Shown: in pieces, positions 29,385 through 39,710 of the stretch | Layout: the number at the start of each line of letters is the position of its first letter | How positions within the stretch are numbered: the first letter of the stretch is position 1 | Assembly (NCBI GenBank): GCA_964422035.1 | Contig: CAYQZQ010000001.1 | Span: forward strand, 313,013-377,012 | Length of the DNA stretch: 64,000 nt | DNA from: an uncultured Pseudomonadales bacterium | Lineage (GTDB): Bacteria > Patescibacteriota > Microgenomatia > UBA1400 > Chazhemtobacteraceae | Reading direction: 5' to 3' | Notes under the pieces: model-generated | Told to the model about the DNA's origin: nothing | Seen by the model: the letters and a program-made list of their open reading frames with translations, nothing else | The model's database searches: none | Position numbers and translations under genes: made by a program

Positions 29385-30878
29385 TTAAGGTTGTTGATTA
29401 ACTAAATGTTGGTGAACATAAAGGTCGTTACTTTGAAGCGTATCTAGGACTGGACCAAAGTTGGCGGTTGTTTTTTCTAGCCATTGCTTTAATCGATTGG
29501 GCTTGTCTTCATCTGGCTCGTATATTGCATAAAAGTATACTGAAGAGTCAAGTTCATTGGGAGAGAACCCAGAAGTTTTTTCAGGGAGGTAACCATATTT
29601 AGGCTGAGCATAGTATAAAAACATGTAGTCCCAGACTTCTTCTTGGTAGTAAGGAATGGTGTAATACCAGAGGGAAAACTGCTGGCCGTCAGCCGTTTTA
29701 TAGACCCAATCAATAATATTTTTGCGATCTTGAATGGTAATTAGATTATTGGAACCGATGGGAATTAAGGCATTGGTGGGCTGATAAATTCTGGGAAGAT
29801 GATAGATATTTAAGGCCACAACTAAGCTTAAAATCAACCAAGCGATTTTATCTTTGAGTTGAAAAAGTCCGTAGATGATTACAGCTGTTGATAAAGGAAG
29901 TAATGATATATAAAAAAAGCTGATTGCTCCTCTTTGAAAAATCAGCAGTGACAAAAAGGGAATGAGTAGAAAGCTATATATCAAGCCTGAGTGCTTGTTT
30001 TTGTTGATTTTAAAAAGCCCCAGGACAAAAAATCCTGTAGAGATAACCCCTAAGGGAAAACTAAAGACATGTTGTAACTCTTTTAGATACACTCTTAAGT
30101 TGCCCCATAGGGTTGAAAGCGAAAAACCCAAACCCTGATCTGAGCTTTTTGAAAAACGAATAAAGGATTGAAACAGGACAAAGTTGTGTCGTAGCTCGAA
30201 AACTAGCAAGGGCAGGGCTGGCAGGAAAAAGCCAATTAAAATAATAGCCAGCTTTTTTAATGAAAATGGTTTTCTGTATAGCCAGATAATCAAAGGTAGG
30301 AGGAATGTGCCCACTGCCGCATTTAGCTGTGTAATGATACCAACCAGAAGAGAGATGGCAAAAAGTCGCCAAGTTTTTTGTTTGCTTGTTTTATCGTTGA
30401 CTATGAAAAATAAAAGAAGATGAGTAAGAGGGATTATGGGCGTTACGTTTACCAACCAACGAGAGTAACTTATCCAGCCGTATGAGACCGCGTATATAAG
30501 TAAGGTGGAAAGGGCAACTTTTCTATTGAATAGCTTTTTTATAGCTAGATAGAAAAAGGGTAATGACAACACCTCGATGGATACTTGAAATAGGCTGGCT
30601 GCCACCGGAGAGCCTTTAAAAAACGCATAGGCAGGAGCCATTAAGAAGTAGTAAACTGGGGAGTGAATAAGGCCGGTGACATCACTGGGATGTCCTAAAA
30701 GACTTATTTTGCGCTCGTGCCAGATTTGCCAGATCGACAAAGAGTGCAGGCCCTGATCTCTATGGAAAAGTAAATCTGTAGTTAACCGGTGAGACCTTAG
30801 AACGAAAGCTGCCAGTAACAAAATGACAAGAGTGATAACTTCCCAGTTGTGGATGAGAAATTTTTTAAGCTTCATCAA
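29385..30878 (-). CDS. GT-C membrane glycosyltransferase, ArnT-like (family B, COG1807-like)
   Basis: TM1 then the loop HRDQGLHSLSIWQI...SPVYYFLMAPAYAFF. The D(E/Q)G..(R)D + YY...AP pattern is shared with 50664, 53027 and 55498. Confidence 0.65.
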   Translation of the reverse strand: MMKLKKFLIHNWEVITLVILLLAAFVLRSHRLTTDLLFHRDQGLHSLSIWQIWHERKISLLGHPSDVTGLIHSPVYYFLMAPAYAFFKGSPVAASLFQVSIEVLSLPFFYLAIKKLFNRKVALSTLLIYAVSYGWISYSRWLVNVTPIIPLTHLLLFFIVNDKTSKQKTWRLFAISLLVGIITQLNAAVGTFLLPLIIWLYRKPFSLKKLAIILIGFFLPALPLLVFELRHNFVLFQSFIRFSKSSDQGLGFSLSTLWGNLRVYLKELQHVFSFPLGVISTGFFVLGLFKINKNKHSGLIYSFLLIPFLSLLIFQRGAISFFYISLLPLSTAVIIYGLFQLKDKIAWLILSLVVALNIYHLPRIYQPTNALIPIGSNNLITIQDRKNIIDWVYKTADGQQFSLWYYTIPYYQEEVWDYMFLYYAQPKYGYLPEKTSGFSPNELDSSVYFYAIYEPDEDKPNRLKQWLEKTTANFGPVLDTLQSNDLYVHQHLVNQQP

Positions 30879-31800
30879 GCTTGGATCGTTTTTTGAAATA
30901 GCTGCCTGGACCCAGGTTAAGAGTGAAGAAATCTTTGACGGCTAGTTTTTGAGCAGGAGTACCGGAAAACAATTTTTTGACAGCTTCTCTGCACAGAGCG
31001 AACTTAGTACGCAGTCTGGCAAACTTAAAACCAAATAGTAGACGATTTCTAGTAAGGAAATAATCGTTCAGGCTTGAACCGATGCCTGAACTTTGACTAA
31101 CTTTGTGAGAAAGTTTTATGGAAGGATCAAAAATGACCTGCCAACCTGTCTGTTTGACCCTTTGTGAGAAGTCAACATCCTCCAGATACATAAAGTAGCG
31201 CTTATTAAATAAGCCAATCTGATCAATTACTTCTTTTTTTATTAATAAGCAGGCGCCAGTGGCAAAGTCAGTTGGTTGAGGTTTTTTAAATTGCCCTTTG
31301 TCTACTTTGTTAACATGAGCATTTGAGCCTAGGATATTGTCCCAGTCAAAACTGCCTCCTGCTGACCAGATAACTTTACCTAGTTGATCTTTGGAGTAGC
31401 CAGATTCATATTCATAGCCTTTAGTGAAGTAAATTAGAGGGCTGACCAGACCAACTTTGGGATCATTAATTGCCGATTGAGTTAAATTAACAAAGAAATC
31501 GTCAGGAATAAGCAAGTCCGGATTGAGCAGTAAGTAATGGGTGGGTTTGAAAGCAGACAGTTTATCTACTGCATAGTTCATACCAGCTGCAAAACCCAGG
31601 TTTTCGCCTGTTTGATAAAAATAGATGTTGGGAAATTGGTCTTTGATTGTCTCTCCTAACTTAGTATCTTTGGAGTTATTATCTACAACCGCAATTTCAA
31701 TATTTAGATTGTCGGGAATAGTGGACTGTTTAATTGACTGAAGAAGTTCAATTGTGTGTTTCTGGGAGTTGTAGTTTAGGATGGCAATGGCTAGCTTCAT
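30865..31800 (-). CDS. GT2 glycosyltransferase
   Basis: LAIAILNYNSQKHT ... IAVVDNNSKD ... LLNPDLLIP. Confidence 0.75.
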   Translation of the reverse strand: MKLAIAILNYNSQKHTIELLQSIKQSTIPDNLNIEIAVVDNNSKDTKLGETIKDQFPNIYFYQTGENLGFAAGMNYAVDKLSAFKPTHYLLLNPDLLIPDDFFVNLTQSAINDPKVGLVSPLIYFTKGYEYESGYSKDQLGKVIWSAGGSFDWDNILGSNAHVNKVDKGQFKKPQPTDFATGACLLIKKEVIDQIGLFNKRYFMYLEDVDFSQRVKQTGWQVIFDPSIKLSHKVSQSSGIGSSLNDYFLTRNRLLFGFKFARLRTKFALCREAVKKLFSGTPAQKLAVKDFFTLNLGPGSYFKKRSKLDEA

Positions 31801-32708
31801 TAGATGCCTAGTTTGCGTAAAATTCTTAACCAGAGCCTTTGTGATTTTTTGGTAGCTTGATGAATTTTCAAGGTAGTCAACCAGTACTTGAAGTCGCTGC
31901 CGACTTTTTGAAATTGTTTGAAGAGTTTGTCAGTAAAACTGGAACCAGAGTATGATTTGAATCCTTGCATCTGCCAGATTTTAAGATAAACAACAAACTC
32001 AGAAAATGCTTGCAGACTTGATAGAGCTAAGCCATGCAGGCCGTCTAGATAACCCTGACCGGCAAAAAAACGAGATAGAAACTCTGAGGATGTTTTGGTA
32101 ACCAGATCCGTCCACTCAAATTGATAGTTTTCTTCGATTAGTTGATCTGCCTGGACAGTGGTATATCGATCAAGTCTTTTTAAGTACTGGGATATAGAGG
32201 TGTAGTGATGATGAACTATGGCCAGATCTTCTTTGTCTTTAAGATCAATCCCTGAGCCCTGAGTGAAGGGTATTGAGTGAATCTCATCTCCCCACTGGAC
32301 TTGACCTCTTTTGAAGAAGCGAATGTTGTAGTCAGGCCACCAACGGGAGTGCTTTATCCATGAGTCGAAGATTAAGTTTTTTCTGGGTATGCGAACAAAA
32401 TCATGTTTTTTTTCTTGAGCAATTTTTATAAGTTTGGCGGCAAGGCTTTGAGGGACTCTTTCATCGGCATCAAGAATCATTATCCAGTCCCCTGTTGTTT
32501 TGTCAATAGCAAAGTTGCGGGCGGGCTCAACATAACCCATGCGCTTATGAGTGTAAATTTTGTCGGTATATCTTTTGGCTATCTCTTGAGTGTGATCGTC
32601 TGAGTGCATATCTACAACCACGATTTCATCTGCCCAGGAAAGAGACTCCAGGCAGTCTGCAATGTTTTCTTCTTCGTTTAGTGTATTAACTACAGCGGAT
32701 AGTTTCAT
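31800..32708 (-). CDS. GT2 glycosyltransferase
   Basis: LSAVVNTLNEEENI ... IVVVDMHSDDHT ... ILDADERVP. Confidence 0.7.
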   Translation of the reverse strand: MKLSAVVNTLNEEENIADCLESLSWADEIVVVDMHSDDHTQEIAKRYTDKIYTHKRMGYVEPARNFAIDKTTGDWIMILDADERVPQSLAAKLIKIAQEKKHDFVRIPRKNLIFDSWIKHSRWWPDYNIRFFKRGQVQWGDEIHSIPFTQGSGIDLKDKEDLAIVHHHYTSISQYLKRLDRYTTVQADQLIEENYQFEWTDLVTKTSSEFLSRFFAGQGYLDGLHGLALSSLQAFSEFVVYLKIWQMQGFKSYSGSSFTDKLFKQFQKVGSDFKYWLTTLKIHQATKKSQRLWLRILRKLGI

Positions 32709-35700
32709 CTATTGACAGTGTAAATTGGGTAATAGGCAGAGTCAAAAATAAGATCTAGGTTAAGCTTATCAGTTTCTGATTTAGGTTTCTTAAGAGGCAG
32801 GGCTGTAACGTATTTGATGTTATTTTCCTTGATAAATTTGTTGGCGAAACTGGCATCAGATGATTGATAGAATCTTTGAGCGTTTTTAAGCTCATCTTTA
32901 AACTGATAAGACATGATTTCCAAGTTAAGCTGATCGGCCATAAAGACGGATTGTCCGGTTAAGGCGGGAACAAAAGCTGTAGAGGAGTAAGCATAGATTG
33001 GCTTGGGGGTGGAGTAAGAGTTGGTATTTACTAGTTGAAATGGTGGCGTGAGAGTTATGCCAGCGGGCTGTTGACTAAGGAAATGCAAAGAGCGTAGTTG
33101 TTCTGAGCTGATACGGGAAGAGGGAGTGTGAGATAGATAGTCTTTTAATACTCCAACTGTGGTGGGAAAAGTTAAAAGAGAGAATAATGAAAGTAAAACT
33201 AAGAATTTGGGAAGAGTATGTGATCTACCCAGAATGTCGACAATAACAGGGCCAGTGAATAAAGCCAAGAAAAACAGCGGGTAATAGATGAATTGAATGG
33301 CGTTCCAGGAATTGCCTGGCTGGATAAGTACTAGTGGGAATAACAAGCCAGTAATAACGATAAAATAGATCAGTTGCCAGGCAAAGCCGTTAAGACTGCT
33401 TTTCAACCAATACTTTAGACCCAAAACGCGAATACCAAGATTGCCCAGATAGAAAATAACAGTGCCAAAAGCATAAATAAATAGGGCTTTTACAAAAGAA
33501 CCACCAAGGGTTAAGTCTTGCCATTTTTGAGCGATTATTTCCCAGTTTAAACGATCAGGGGCTGCAAACATGGTACGGACAAACCAGAGAGGTTTGAATT
33601 TAAAAGGCAGCTGACCTGATGACTGGTAGAAAGGCAGCAGCAAAAGCAGTGAAAACAACAAACTTGCAAGTAGAAGTTTAATTAGCTGATCAGCATTTTT
33701 AGATTTAATCAACTTGGTGAACACAACAATGGCTATAGCCGACAGTAGCAATAACCAACCATACACTTTTATTAAAGAAAGTGAAGCAGTTAAGACAGAT
33801 ATTATTAAAATTTTTGACAGATTAAGATCCTCTTGCCATTTTTGCAGTAAGTTCAAGACTATCAACAAAACAAGCAAAGACATGGCAAAGGGTGGATTAA
33901 CTAAGGTTTCGATTGCTTGGTGAGACCAGAAGACCGATTGACCGGCAAAGAGTGAACCAGATTGAAAAAGGGAGGGAATAAAACCTAGTGAGCCAGCAGT
34001 GAAGATAAGTATCAGAGAGACAATTCTTTGAGATTTTTTAAATTTAAGTTTTTCCATCAGTTGGTTAGAGAAAAAACCAATGGCAAAAGTAAGAAGAGGA
34101 GGTATTATCCTAAAGTAAAGATCTAAACTGGAAATGTTAAATAACTTGGATATTAAGGCTAGTAGATAATCATAGATAAGATGGTAGTTGTAAATTAAGG
34201 TGTTGTGAAAATTTGGATTTTTTAGCGGCCAGAAAGAGTTTTTGAATGACTCAATTAAGGAAAGGTGAAAAAGACTGTCATGACTGTGAGCACGGTAAAA
34301 GCTTAACCCGTAATCAGTTAACAGGCCTGAGCGGACAGTAGTAAGAGACCATAGGAAAGTACCAAGAGTGATAGTGGCTGCAATTAGCTTATTATCTTTG
34401 AGCCAGTTGATTATTTTTTTTGGCGGCAACTTGGTTATAAAAAGCACTATCAAAAGAGCGGTAATTATCTTTAAGATATCTGCGAATAATTTTTTGCTTT
34501 GAAGATTGTATGGTGCCCAGTTGGAATCAAATTTGTAAATATAGGAATGGTTGGACTTGATTTCTTGGTAGGATTGGCTCTCTGGTAGTTCTATGGAGAA
34601 ACTGCTGGTGATGTTGTGAGGGTTAAAGCGCAGATCTTGATCGAAGGAGATGATTAAGTCCCAGTACTCGGAATCAAAATGGGTGTCCTCTAAATCAAGG
34701 GGGGTGAAAACAGGACTACCCTTTGAGACTAAAGGATAAGTTGAAAGTTCTAAGGTTGAAGTTAGATTTGCCTGATGAGCAAAGGTTTCTGATTCAATGT
34801 TGTTGAAAATTGAAAGATAGTTAATCTGAGCGTGACCGTTGGACTGCTCAAGACTTATCTGATAAAAAGGATTGGCGTAATGAAGATAAAGATCATCACT
34901 GGAAAGTGAGCGATAATAACTTGAGGGACCAGTGAAAGGATAAATTGATATATACCAGTCACTGGCTCCTTCTACAGTGCTGACTCTTAAGGTAAATTCT
35001 TGCTGATTTTTAGAGAACTGTTTTTGTAGAAACTTAAACACCGGTATGTAACTGGAAGGCGAGACGCTGTTGTCTACCCCAAAGCCTAGTTGAGTGAATT
35101 CGTTAAGGTCTTTTTGGGAGTAGTCTGCAAGAAGGGAATAAAAAATACTTGAGTCGTCTAACCAGCTAAGTTGATCTTGAAGTCTAAATTGAGGTTGTCC
35201 TGAAAGAGCAGGAGGATTCCAGTGGCTAACTACTAAAGGAATCTTTTCTTGCCTGCTCTGGGCGGGCACTAGAGCATTGTTTTTGCTGGGATAGTAAGGG
35301 AAGTAAGGAAAGAAGCCGTCAGTTTTGGGAAGATGACCGTCTTTATTGGGAACGGAGAAGAGAGCACTGTTAACTGAGTATTGATTGGCAAGATATGAAA
35401 GGCTGGTGCTGTCAATGTAAGAGGAAGCAACGGTTTTAGGAAAGTGCCCGAAGGCCTTGAAGTACTGATCAAATAGGTGATCAATCAGACGATATCTGTT
35501 TTGAGGAGAGTAGCTATTTAGTAAATATCCAAGTTGTGACTTAGGTGGTGGAACTTTAGCTTGATTGCGCCAAGCAGGATTTACTTCCAGTAAAAGCCCT
35601 ACTTGATCAGTGCCTGCCGAATCTAGTTGCTGGAAAAATTCAAGTTCTTCTTGGTTGTCTAATACTTTTTGGTCAATCAACCAGGTAACTGGGGTGGCAG

Positions 35701-35902
35701 AGTGGGTAGCTTGTTTATGCAAAGCTTGGGGAAAATCCAGGGTGGTTTGTGGTGCATCAAGAGAGGGAGTAAGATGACGAACCGGAACGGTATAGTTAAC
35801 AAAAGAGCCCGCATTTAGAGCATGAGCCTTAGAAGAAAATGCAAAAAGAGATAGGGTGAAAGTGGATAAACCAATTGTGGCTTTAAATAGCTGGCTTTTC
35901 AT
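32705..35902 (-). CDS. Large (1065 aa) envelope protein: signal peptide + ~470-aa extracytoplasmic domain + ~550-aa polytopic membrane domain (possible GT-C-like or polymerase-like)
   Basis: N-terminal signal-like MKSQLFKATIGLSTFTLSLFAFSSKAHA. Long hydrophilic region. From ~aa 480, more than 12 hydrophobic helices. No known motif recognised. Confidence 0.55.
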   Translation of the reverse strand: MKSQLFKATIGLSTFTLSLFAFSSKAHALNAGSFVNYTVPVRHLTPSLDAPQTTLDFPQALHKQATHSATPVTWLIDQKVLDNQEELEFFQQLDSAGTDQVGLLLEVNPAWRNQAKVPPPKSQLGYLLNSYSPQNRYRLIDHLFDQYFKAFGHFPKTVASSYIDSTSLSYLANQYSVNSALFSVPNKDGHLPKTDGFFPYFPYYPSKNNALVPAQSRQEKIPLVVSHWNPPALSGQPQFRLQDQLSWLDDSSIFYSLLADYSQKDLNEFTQLGFGVDNSVSPSSYIPVFKFLQKQFSKNQQEFTLRVSTVEGASDWYISIYPFTGPSSYYRSLSSDDLYLHYANPFYQISLEQSNGHAQINYLSIFNNIESETFAHQANLTSTLELSTYPLVSKGSPVFTPLDLEDTHFDSEYWDLIISFDQDLRFNPHNITSSFSIELPESQSYQEIKSNHSYIYKFDSNWAPYNLQSKKLFADILKIITALLIVLFITKLPPKKIINWLKDNKLIAATITLGTFLWSLTTVRSGLLTDYGLSFYRAHSHDSLFHLSLIESFKNSFWPLKNPNFHNTLIYNYHLIYDYLLALISKLFNISSLDLYFRIIPPLLTFAIGFFSNQLMEKLKFKKSQRIVSLILIFTAGSLGFIPSLFQSGSLFAGQSVFWSHQAIETLVNPPFAMSLLVLLIVLNLLQKWQEDLNLSKILIISVLTASLSLIKVYGWLLLLSAIAIVVFTKLIKSKNADQLIKLLLASLLFSLLLLLPFYQSSGQLPFKFKPLWFVRTMFAAPDRLNWEIIAQKWQDLTLGGSFVKALFIYAFGTVIFYLGNLGIRVLGLKYWLKSSLNGFAWQLIYFIVITGLLFPLVLIQPGNSWNAIQFIYYPLFFLALFTGPVIVDILGRSHTLPKFLVLLSLFSLLTFPTTVGVLKDYLSHTPSSRISSEQLRSLHFLSQQPAGITLTPPFQLVNTNSYSTPKPIYAYSSTAFVPALTGQSVFMADQLNLEIMSYQFKDELKNAQRFYQSSDASFANKFIKENNIKYVTALPLKKPKSETDKLNLDLIFDSAYYPIYTVNR

Positions 35903-37388
35903 CTGATTTTAAAGTTAATAACAAGGCTTTGATCTCTTTGAAGAGCTTTTTGCCTTCGATTAAATATATGATAGCTAAATATGTGAAACCACCCAAAGCA
36001 ATAAAGACCGGCAGCCTCCAGAAAGATGTGAGATGGGAACGGAGAGCAAAAAGAACAACTCCCATACCTGCACTGGCTGTTATGGCAGGATAAAGAGCCT
36101 TAAAGTAGTTAACCTTGACTAGACGATGGACAACAAAAAGAACAACGATAGATGATAGAGCGATAATGGCAGCAGCCAAAGCAACACCGTTATACCCATA
36201 TCTGGTGCCCAAAAATGGCATCAAGGCCCAGGTGAGAAGCACCCACATAACCATTAGCTTGAAGGTGATTTTAATTTTACCGATGGCATTTAAGGCATTT
36301 GTTAGAGGGGTAGAAATAGAAGCCCAGGCAGCGTTAAACAAATACAGATAGAGGGGAATCATGGCTGGCAGCCATTTTTCGTAGCGAGGAATTAGGTGAG
36401 CAAAAGGCACGGCCAAAATACCCATACCTACAAAAAGTGGGAAGGTCACAAAGCTTAGATAAAAGAGGGTCTTCTCTATTCCCTTTTTAAGTGTTTGTTT
36501 ATCATCCTGAACACGAGAGTAAGCAGGGAAGGCTACTTTAGTTACATTGTCCATAAAGAACCTTAAAGGCATAAAAGCCCATTTACTGGCCCAGCCGATA
36601 AAACCAAGACCCTGCTGGCCGATGATTTTTCCTAGAAAGATTGTCATGCCGTCGTCTTTTAAGACAGCTAGAAAGGTGTTGGCTTGATAAGGAAGGCCAA
36701 ACTGAAGGAGTTTTTTAAATGATTTTTTGGAAAAGGATAGACCGGGTTTCCAGGGTGAGACTATATACATGGCGATTAAACCAACAACACCACGGGCCAA
36801 GACAGCTACAGTGAAAGAGTTAACACCCCATCCTTGCCAAGCTAGATAAACAGCAGTTAAGTTGAAGGTAAGATTTTCAATAACTTGAGGAATAACTAAT
36901 TTATCAAAATGAAGTTTTCGCTCCAAAAGAATTGAAGGAATAGTTTTGAGCGAGGAAAGAATAAGAGAGATAGCCAGAGACCAGAGAAGATAAACACCAG
37001 CTGAGGTAAGTTCGTAGTAAGACTTAATAACTGGAGTGGCGGCAAACAGAGCTATAACTAGTAAAAGAACAAGAGCCTGCTGAATGGTGAATGTAGTGGT
37101 TAAGTCTCTTCTGCTTACTTTTTTTCGTTTTTGTATTAAGGCAGCCGCTAAACCAATGTCGGAAAAATATGTAAGAAAATTAACGACAGCAGAAACAAGA
37201 AAGAAGGTGCCGTAAACTTCGGGAGAGAGAAAAACAGTTAGTGCGAAAGTGGCGGCAAAAGAGATAACTTGAATGAGAAATGTTCTTGAAGTGAGAGCTA
37301 GAACACCGCCAACTGAGCGTTTTTTTATCTGGGCTAGGTCAATTTCTGGTGTACCTGGGTCAAGCTCAACTGGTTGTGATTCTGCCAT
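35883..37388 (-). CDS. Wzx/RfbX-type oligosaccharide flippase (MOP superfamily, polysaccharide biosynthesis protein)
   Basis: 501 aa with ~12-14 TM helices. N-terminal pattern KRSVGGVLALTSRTFLIQVISF...PEVYGTFFLVSAVVNFL is typical of Polysacc_synt flippases. Confidence 0.7.
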   Translation of the reverse strand: MAESQPVELDPGTPEIDLAQIKKRSVGGVLALTSRTFLIQVISFAATFALTVFLSPEVYGTFFLVSAVVNFLTYFSDIGLAAALIQKRKKVSRRDLTTTFTIQQALVLLLVIALFAATPVIKSYYELTSAGVYLLWSLAISLILSSLKTIPSILLERKLHFDKLVIPQVIENLTFNLTAVYLAWQGWGVNSFTVAVLARGVVGLIAMYIVSPWKPGLSFSKKSFKKLLQFGLPYQANTFLAVLKDDGMTIFLGKIIGQQGLGFIGWASKWAFMPLRFFMDNVTKVAFPAYSRVQDDKQTLKKGIEKTLFYLSFVTFPLFVGMGILAVPFAHLIPRYEKWLPAMIPLYLYLFNAAWASISTPLTNALNAIGKIKITFKLMVMWVLLTWALMPFLGTRYGYNGVALAAAIIALSSIVVLFVVHRLVKVNYFKALYPAITASAGMGVVLFALRSHLTSFWRLPVFIALGGFTYLAIIYLIEGKKLFKEIKALLLTLKSDEKPAI

Positions 37389-37412
37389 AGAAATATTGTA
37401 TCAGGGAAATGA

Positions 37413-38447
37413 TTATTTTGAGTTTGGTTGGTTGTTTTTAAGCCAATCAAGAAAGATCTGCTTTGCCTTTTGGGCTTTTAGAGCCTGATTAGTGTCAGGT
37501 TGATAAGCACCACCGGCAGCTAGATTGTGACCTCCACCGATGCCGATTCTTTCCATTATTTTGCGAACGTTTGTTCCGTCAGGCAGAGAGCGAAGAGAGA
37601 TCTTAACACTTTTATCAGGCTTGGGAGTAAAAACCGCCCCCCAAGGGTAGCCAGTTAAGTGGCGCAGATAATGACTCATGTAGATATGACTAGCTTCAGA
37701 TACTTGTGCTGGGAGGCACTTTTTTATATCTTGTCTGGTTAGAAAACTTGTCTGCACAGGAGGCCAGTTCTCTATTTGATGATGATCGGTGTTATTTATT
37801 AACTTCTTTATCAATTTAAAGATTTGCGGATCGATGCTACGGTAACGAGACTGTAGTGATTGGATGTCGGTATCCGCTAAGGTGAGCAGTCTTTGAGCAA
37901 TTGAAAAAACATGTGATTGGTCAGGCGGCAGATAAGCAAAATTGCCTGTATCACCCAGGATACCTACTAAAAGAACTTGAGCTACTTGAGGATTGATATC
38001 TTCGTTTTTATAGAAAAGATTGTAGATTAACTCAGTGGCTGAAGTGGCATCATCTTTGACAAGTGATAGGTCAAAGTCATCAGGCTTGTTGGGATGATGA
38101 TCTATACAGACAGTCTTGCCCTGAAAGTTTTTAATGACTTTGGGACTGTTGGTAAACCGGCTGTACTGACTACCATCAAGCATGATAAGAAGATCTTTGT
38201 CTGATAGGTGATCTTTTATGTCGGAGACGAACTGAATATCAGAGTAGTTGGTAAATGACTGATATTGATCTAGAGATGTGGAAGCAAGAAGGGGGGTGAT
38301 GTTTTTGCCGGGATATTTGTTACTTAGATAATGATAAAGACTTAGTACTGAAGCGATGGCGTCTTCATCTGGTGACAAGTGGCTGGTTATGATGATGTCT
38401 TGTGATTTTTCTACTAAGACAAGGATTTTTTTGGCAAATTCATTCAT
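37413..38447 (-). CDS. DHH/DHHA1 phosphoesterase (NrnA-like nanoRNase/pAp phosphatase family)
   Basis: DHH-domain motifs IIITSHLSPDEDAIASV ... CIDHHPN and the DHHA1 GGGH motif (IGGGHNLAAGG). Confidence 0.75.
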   Translation of the reverse strand: MNEFAKKILVLVEKSQDIIITSHLSPDEDAIASVLSLYHYLSNKYPGKNITPLLASTSLDQYQSFTNYSDIQFVSDIKDHLSDKDLLIMLDGSQYSRFTNSPKVIKNFQGKTVCIDHHPNKPDDFDLSLVKDDATSATELIYNLFYKNEDINPQVAQVLLVGILGDTGNFAYLPPDQSHVFSIAQRLLTLADTDIQSLQSRYRSIDPQIFKLIKKLINNTDHHQIENWPPVQTSFLTRQDIKKCLPAQVSEASHIYMSHYLRHLTGYPWGAVFTPKPDKSVKISLRSLPDGTNVRKIMERIGIGGGHNLAAGGAYQPDTNQALKAQKAKQIFLDWLKNNQPNSK

Positions 38448-38521
38448 TAGGGTATTTTATCAGGCTGACAAGCAGCATGAAAGCGAGACAAACCTATTTT
38501 TATGAAGAAATTGATCTATGG

Positions 38522-39709
38522 CTATTTTAACTGCTTTTTCATCTTCAGATCTTTTTTGTTTAGGACTTCTCTGCTTAAAATTCCCATCAGGGTTGGTGAT
38601 ATCAGAGTGGTTACTACACTTAAGATAATTAAGGCTGTTAAGATTTCATCTGTTAGCAGACCTATTGCCTGGGCTGAAAAAGCGGCAGCTAAAGTAGTGG
38701 ACAACTGAGGAATTGATGAGACACCAAACAAAGCTGATTGTTTCCAGTTAAAGCCAACCAACTTGGCTCCAAAGGTACCAGAAAGAAGTTTGGAGAGCAA
38801 CGAGCCTAGCAGAATAACGATGGTTAAAAGTATTGCCCCGGATACTCGAGTGAATACCAAGATATCAGTCTGGGTGCCAACGTAGACAAAAAAGGTAGGT
38901 ATAAAGATGCCGTAACCTATGGCTCGCAGTTTAATTTTTAAGATGTCTGACTCAATAGATTCAGACAGCACCAGACCGGTGAAGAAACCGGCAATGATGG
39001 CGTGCAGGCCTAGTAGTTCAAACAGGGCGGTGGTGGCAATTAGGATAAGAAAGATGGCTCGAAACTCTTGTTGAAACAAGTCTTCTTCTGCTTTGATGTT
39101 CTTGCAGAAAAGTTCTTGCACTTGAGGAATAAGCCAGCGCAAAACTATCAAGGAGACGAGTACTAATGGATAGAAAAGATACAAAGGTAAAAAAGTGGTG
39201 GGTTGATAACTTTGCAGTATCAATGAGAGAAGAATTAAACTAGCTACGTCCTGGATTATGCTGGTTGACATAACAGCTTGCCCTAACTTGCTTTGCATTA
39301 AGCCAGTGGACTCTAAGCTGGGAATAACAACTGCCACGGAAGAAGAAACAAAGATAGTGGCTAAAAGTAAAGCGGTGAAAATTGGATAACCGAAAAAGAT
39401 AGCAATGCCAAATCCGGCCAACATGGGCACAAAACCGTTGATGAAAGAAAGAGGATATATACTGCTTTTTAGCTTGGAGAAGCTGGATAGCTTAGTCTCC
39501 AGACCAGCCATGAACATTAGAAAAACCAAACCAATGTCGGCTAGAAAATTGATAGTGGTATTGGCTTGATAGACATTTAAGACTTGTGGCCCTATTATGA
39601 TGCCACCGACAATTAAAGCTATTACCCAGGGAAGGTGAAAACGACGGAAAATAGCGGCAGAAAAAACACTAGCAACCAAGACTAATAAAAAGGGCAGTAA
39701 AACGTGCAT
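38522..39709 (-). CDS. Monovalent cation:proton antiporter (Na+/H+ exchanger, CPA family)
   Basis: 395 aa with ~12 TM helices. Na_H_Exchanger-like segments (FLMFMAGLE..., GLVLSES...). Confidence 0.7.
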   Translation of the reverse strand: MHVLLPFLLVLVASVFSAAIFRRFHLPWVIALIVGGIIIGPQVLNVYQANTTINFLADIGLVFLMFMAGLETKLSSFSKLKSSIYPLSFINGFVPMLAGFGIAIFFGYPIFTALLLATIFVSSSVAVVIPSLESTGLMQSKLGQAVMSTSIIQDVASLILLSLILQSYQPTTFLPLYLFYPLVLVSLIVLRWLIPQVQELFCKNIKAEEDLFQQEFRAIFLILIATTALFELLGLHAIIAGFFTGLVLSESIESDILKIKLRAIGYGIFIPTFFVYVGTQTDILVFTRVSGAILLTIVILLGSLLSKLLSGTFGAKLVGFNWKQSALFGVSSIPQLSTTLAAAFSAQAIGLLTDEILTALIILSVVTTLISPTLMGILSREVLNKKDLKMKKQLK

Positions 39710-39710
39710 G

